Shown: one piece after another, positions 49,925 through 53,489 of the stretch
How the letters are laid out: each line of letters opens with the position of its first letter
Position numbering within the stretch: position 1 is the stretch's first letter
Source: Dehalococcoidia bacterium
Lineage (GTDB): Bacteria; Chloroflexota; Dehalococcoidia; GIF9; JAUXIO01
Direction: 5' to 3'
Assembly: GCA_030620975.1 (NCBI GenBank)
Contig: JAUXIO010000003.1
Coordinates: forward strand, 1 to 53,489
DNA length: 53,489 nt
The notes under the pieces: generated by a model
What the model saw: only the letters and a program-made list of their open reading frames with translations
Told to the model about the DNA's origin: nothing
The model's database searches: none
Translations under genes and position numbers: made by a program

Positions 49925-50545
49925 ATGGTTTCAGGCATAATTGGTAAAAAAATAGGCATGACTCAGTTTTTTAGAGCCACGGGCGAGGTGGTAGCGGTAA
50001 CTGCTGTTGAGGCCGGACCTTGCTATGTTGCCCAACTAAAGACTGAGGCGAGAGAGGGCTATAATGCCATTCAATTGGGTTTTGGGCAAGCTAAGAGACT
50101 CAATTCTCCCCAGAAAGCCCATCTTAAAGGCATGGATCAGCTTAAGTATCTCCGTGAGTTCAGAGTGGGGGACGTTACTTCTATTCAGGTGGGGCAAAAA
50201 GTTGATGTTAGCTTGTTTAGGCCGAATGACCTGGTAGATATTATTGGCTTCTCTAAGGGCAGAGGGTTCGCCGGCGTGGTGAAACGTCATCATTTTGCCG
50301 GCGGACCGAAAACTCATGGTCAGTCTGACCGCCATCGGGCTCCTGGTTCCATTGGTGCCGGTACTTTCCCAGGACGCGTACTTAAAGGAACGCGGATGGC
50401 GGGGCATATGGGAAATAAGAGGGTAACTGTGCGTAATCTGGAGGTTATTGAGGTTGATCCGGCTCGTAATTTACTTCTGGTTAAAGGGGCGGTGCCTGGA
50501 GCCAGAAAAGGATTATTGCTTATAAAAAAGGCTAAGTGGATATAA
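49925..50545 (+). CDS. rplC: 50S ribosomal protein L3
   Basis: GKKIGMTQ, KGRGFAGVVKRH, APGSIG, MAGHMG. Confidence 0.98.
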   Translation: MVSGIIGKKIGMTQFFRATGEVVAVTAVEAGPCYVAQLKTEAREGYNAIQLGFGQAKRLNSPQKAHLKGMDQLKYLREFRVGDVTSIQVGQKVDVSLFRPNDLVDIIGFSKGRGFAGVVKRHHFAGGPKTHGQSDRHRAPGSIGAGTFPGRVLKGTRMAGHMGNKRVTVRNLEVIEVDPARNLLLVKGAVPGARKGLLLIKKAKWI

Positions 50546-50550
50546 CGAAT

Positions 50551-51204
50551 ATGCAAATTCCCGTTTATAGCTTGAAGGGCGAAGTAATTGACAAGATTGA
50601 ACTGAGAGAGGATGTTTTTGGTATCCTCTTTAATGAAGGAGTAGTTCACCAAGCATTGGTGAGGCAGCTAGCCAATAGGCGACAGGGCACTGCCGATACT
50701 AAGACGAGGGCAGAAGTTTCTGGAAGCGGTAGAAAAGCTTTCGCTCAGAAGCATACTGGGAGGGCGCGTCGGGGGGGTAGCCGGTCGCCTCTTCTTAGAG
50801 GGGGTGGTGTAGTCTTTGGCCCTCATCCGCGGAGTTACAGACAGGCTATGCCCAAGAAGATGCGGCGATTGGCTTCAAGATGTGTTTTCTCGGCTAAGGC
50901 AAGGGAAGGGGAATTGAAAGTTGTAGACAAACTTGAACTTCAAGAAATGAAAACGAGAAGGATGGCTGAAATCTTATCAGCTTTAGAGGTTTATACTTCA
51001 GTGCTTATTGCTACTGCTGGAGTGGAGCCCATTGTGGTTAAATCAGCTCGCAATCTACCCGGAGTTAAGATACTGCCGGCGGCTTTGCTTAATATTGGGG
51101 ATTTACTTTCTTATAGAATATTAATAATGACTGTAGCCGCGGTGAGAGAGGTAGAGCGGATTTGGGGACAAAGGCAAGCTCAGGAAGTGGTAGTAGTTCC
51201 TTGA
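50551..51204 (+). CDS. rplD: 50S ribosomal protein L4
   Basis: RQGTADTKTRAEVSG, QKHTGRAR, GGGVVFGP, KSARNLP. Confidence 0.97.
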   Translation: MQIPVYSLKGEVIDKIELREDVFGILFNEGVVHQALVRQLANRRQGTADTKTRAEVSGSGRKAFAQKHTGRARRGGSRSPLLRGGGVVFGPHPRSYRQAMPKKMRRLASRCVFSAKAREGELKVVDKLELQEMKTRRMAEILSALEVYTSVLIATAGVEPIVVKSARNLPGVKILPAALLNIGDLLSYRILIMTVAAVREVERIWGQRQAQEVVVVP

Positions 51205-51230
51205 GGGAGATTTAGCGGGGATGCTAGAAG

Positions 51231-51515
51231 ATGCATGTTTATGAGGTATTGCGGCGCCCGTTAGTTACTGAGAAAAGTGCTTTGCTTCGGGAGCAGGGCA
51301 AATATGCTTTTGAGGTAGCGGGGAAAGCCACCAAGCCCCAAATTAAGGAAGCAGTAGAGACTGCTTTTAAAGTGAAAGTGGCTGGAGTAAACGTAATGAC
51401 TGTTCCTGGGAAGATGAAAAGGCTGGGCAGGAGACAGGTGATGACTGCATCGTGGAAGAAAGCAATGGTTACCCTGGAGCCGGGGCACAAGATTGAATTT
51501 TTTGAAGGTGTTTAA
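51231..51515 (+). CDS. rplW: 50S ribosomal protein L23
   Basis: RPLVTEKS, ATKPQIKEAVE, WKKAMVTL. Confidence 0.97.
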   Translation: MHVYEVLRRPLVTEKSALLREQGKYAFEVAGKATKPQIKEAVETAFKVKVAGVNVMTVPGKMKRLGRRQVMTASWKKAMVTLEPGHKIEFFEGV

Positions 51516-51530
51516 TTAGCGAGGTTAAAT

Positions 51531-51626
51531 TTGGGTTCGGTTATTAAAAAGCGTCGGAAGAAGATGGCAAAACATAAGCAGCGGAAGCTTTTGAAGAAGA
51601 CCCGTTGGCAGAGGCGGCATCCATAA
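51531..51626 (+). CDS. 30S ribosomal protein bS22 (AURKAIP1/COX24/mS38-like), 31 aa; absent from the ORF track
   Basis: GAGGT Shine-Dalgarno at 51521, TTG start, translation MGSVIKKRRKKMAKHKQRKLLKKTRWQRRHP*. Closely matches the bS22 pattern MGSVIKKRRKRM.K.K.RKLL..TR.QRR. Confidence 0.92.
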   Translation: MGSVIKKRRKKMAKHKQRKLLKKTRWQRRHP

Positions 51627-51659
51627 TAAGTTATTATAGAAAAGGGAAAAGGTAATTTC

Positions 51660-52484
51660 TTGGCAATAAAAGTTTACCGACCAACATCTCCGGGGAGGCG
51701 AGGTATGACTGGTGCTACTTTTGAGGAGATAACCAAGACCATACCTGAGAAGTCTCTGCTCATGCCGCTTAAGAAGCAAGCCGGGCGGAATAGCCGGGGG
51801 GTAATAACAGTTCGGCATCGCGGAGGTGGAGCTAAGCGCAGGCTTCGTATTATCGACTTTAAGCGGAATAAAATTGGTATTCCGGGGAAAGTGGCTGCTA
51901 TTGAGTACGACCCTAATCGTTCAGCTCATATCGCTCTTATTCATTATGTTGATGGTGAGAAGCGCTATATTCTTGCCCCTTCGGGGCTTGGTTTAGGTGA
52001 TATTATAAAAGCGGGCAATGACGCTGAAGTGAAGCCTGGCAATGCCTTACCGTTAAACTCAATCCCTGTAGGTGCTTTAATTCACAATATTGAGCTTAAA
52101 TTAGGCAGGGGTGGGCAATTAGCACGCAGTGCTGGTGAAGCAGCTCAACTTGTGGGTAAGGAAGAGAAGTATGTTTTGGTTCGTTTGCCATCAGGTGAAT
52201 TACGCCGCATTCATGGTGGTTGCTTAGCTACAATTGGGCAAGTAGGTAATATTGATCATGGAGGTATAAAGCTTGGTAAGGCTGGACGCAAAAGGCATCT
52301 TGGGTGGCGACCTTCGGTCCGAGGTTCTGCCATGTCTCCACGGGACCATCCCCATGGGGGTGGTGAAGGCAGGTCTCCGATTGGAATGAAAGCACCCAAG
52401 ACGCCGTGGGGCAAACCGGCTTTAGGCTATAAAACACGTCGCCGTAAAGATTCCGATAGATTGATCGTAAAGAGGAGAAAATAG
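51660..52484 (+). CDS. rplB: 50S ribosomal protein L2
   Basis: [31 protein letters not shown]. Confidence 0.98.
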   Translation: MAIKVYRPTSPGRRGMTGATFEEITKTIPEKSLLMPLKKQAGRNSRGVITVRHRGGGAKRRLRIIDFKRNKIGIPGKVAAIEYDPNRSAHIALIHYVDGEKRYILAPSGLGLGDIIKAGNDAEVKPGNALPLNSIPVGALIHNIELKLGRGGQLARSAGEAAQLVGKEEKYVLVRLPSGELRRIHGGCLATIGQVGNIDHGGIKLGKAGRKRHLGWRPSVRGSAMSPRDHPHGGGEGRSPIGMKAPKTPWGKPALGYKTRRRKDSDRLIVKRRK

Positions 52485-52506
52485 CAGAGTTAATTAGGGA
52501 GAAGTG

Positions 52507-52800
52507 ATGTCAAGATCGTCCAAAAAAGGTCCTTATTATGATGCCAAATTGTTTGCAAGAATAGAGGCGCTTAATCGTTCTGGAGACAAGACGGTAATAA
52601 AAACTTGGTCACGCGCCTCTACTATCCTTCCCCAGATGGTGGGCTATACTATAGCGGTCCATGACGGCAGGAGGCATGTACCCATCTTTATTACCGAAGA
52701 TATGGTAGGGCATAAGCTGGGAGAATTTGCCCCCACTCGGACTTTTAGGAGACATACTGCCAAGGCACAAACAGTTGTGCAGGCGGGAAGGAGGAAGTGA
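52507..52800 (+). CDS. rpsS: 30S ribosomal protein S19
   Basis: [31 protein letters not shown]. Confidence 0.98.
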   Translation: MSRSSKKGPYYDAKLFARIEALNRSGDKTVIKTWSRASTILPQMVGYTIAVHDGRRHVPIFITEDMVGHKLGEFAPTRTFRRHTAKAQTVVQAGRRK

Positions 52801-52812
52801 TTTAGGACGATA

Positions 52813-53151
52813 ATGAGAGTTAGAGCTGTGGCTAAAGATGTGGGTATTTCACCTCGGAAGGTTCGTTTGGTGCTGGATGCAGTTCGAGGAAGGAAGGTGG
52901 ATGAGGCGTTAACTATTTTAAGATTTTTGCCGACGCCGGCAGCTCGGACTGTAGCCAAGGTGGTTAAATCAGCAGCTGCCAATGCTGAAAATAATTTTGA
53001 GATGTCCCCTTCCGGCCTCAAAATTATTGATATTTTTGCTGGTCAAGGGCACACCTTAAAAAGGTTTCGCCCTCAAGCACGAGGGCGAGTAAATCCGATC
53101 TTGAAGCGGTCTAGCCATATTACAGTTTTTGTCGCTGAGGAGGGAGAATAA
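52813..53151 (+). CDS. rplV: 50S ribosomal protein L22
   Basis: ISPRKVRLV, SAAANAENN, RFRPQARGR, KRSSHITV. Confidence 0.98.
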   Translation: MRVRAVAKDVGISPRKVRLVLDAVRGRKVDEALTILRFLPTPAARTVAKVVKSAAANAENNFEMSPSGLKIIDIFAGQGHTLKRFRPQARGRVNPILKRSSHITVFVAEEGE

Positions 53152-53489
53152 TTGGGTCAGAAGGTTCATCCTTATGGCTTTAGGATTGGTATTATTCGCG
53201 ATTGGCAAGCCAAGTGGTATGCTGAGAAACACTATGCTGAATTTTTGCAGCAGGACTTAAAGTTGCGTCGAACTGTTGAGAAAGAATGTTCTGAAGGCGG
53301 CATTGCCAGCGTAGAGATTGATCGCCGGGGTGCTGAAGTACTTCTAACCGTTTACTCGTCTCGTCCCGGTATTGTTATTGGTAGGGGCGGGCAGCGTGCT
53401 GAAGAGTTGAGATCGAAATTGGAGAAAACTGTTGGGAAGATGGTTAGATTAACTATTAGAGAAGTTGAGCAACCTGAACTTGAAGCTTG
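53152..53489 (+). CDS. rpsC: 30S ribosomal protein S3 (runs off the window end)
   Basis: TTG start at 53152; MGQKVHPYGFRIG, KH motif RPGIVIGRGG; no stop before the window end. Confidence 0.96.
   Translation, partial: MGQKVHPYGFRIGIIRDWQAKWYAEKHYAEFLQQDLKLRRTVEKECSEGGIASVEIDRRGAEVLLTVYSSRPGIVIGRGGQRAEELRSKLEKTVGKMVRLTIREVEQPELEA

Noticed and set aside
51525-51818. 97-aa minus-strand ORF across the rplW-rplB gap
   Set aside because: Antisense shadow of bS22 and rplB with no recognisable motif.

Overview
Chromosomal window from a bacterium that looks like an uncultured Dehalococcoidia (Chloroflexota). That assignment is inferred from gene content and order, not from a search. The window spans the probable replication origin, an AT-rich gap between nadD and dnaA at about 32.7-32.9 kb with a DnaA-trio-like run, where GC skew visibly flips. 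The left arm holds pcrA, mutL, a minus-strand run tldD-pmbA-PAC2-HEAT-GNAT-acsE-acsD-cdhA*-cdhC-acsC-nuoE-nuoF-cooC, and housekeeping genes. The right arm holds fmt, mazG, tRNA-Pro, apgM, lysC, gyrA and the fused str/S10 ribosomal operon. Five items stand out. (1) An 848-aa protein joins a site-2-protease-like (HExxH) membrane domain to a circularly permuted enolase that keeps every catalytic residue. (2) An intact-frame CO dehydrogenase alpha subunit (445 aa) has lost nearly all metal ligands, yet sits beside an intact acetyl-CoA synthase and an orphan bifurcating-type HydBC/NuoEF pair. (3) An unannotated 31-aa ribosomal protein bS22 gene lies between rplW and rplB. (4) A structured leader precedes rpsL. 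(5) Transition-type substitutions are scattered at normally invariant residues, including in MutL. I saw no mobile elements, CRISPR arrays or rRNA. All calls come from motif recognition by eye.
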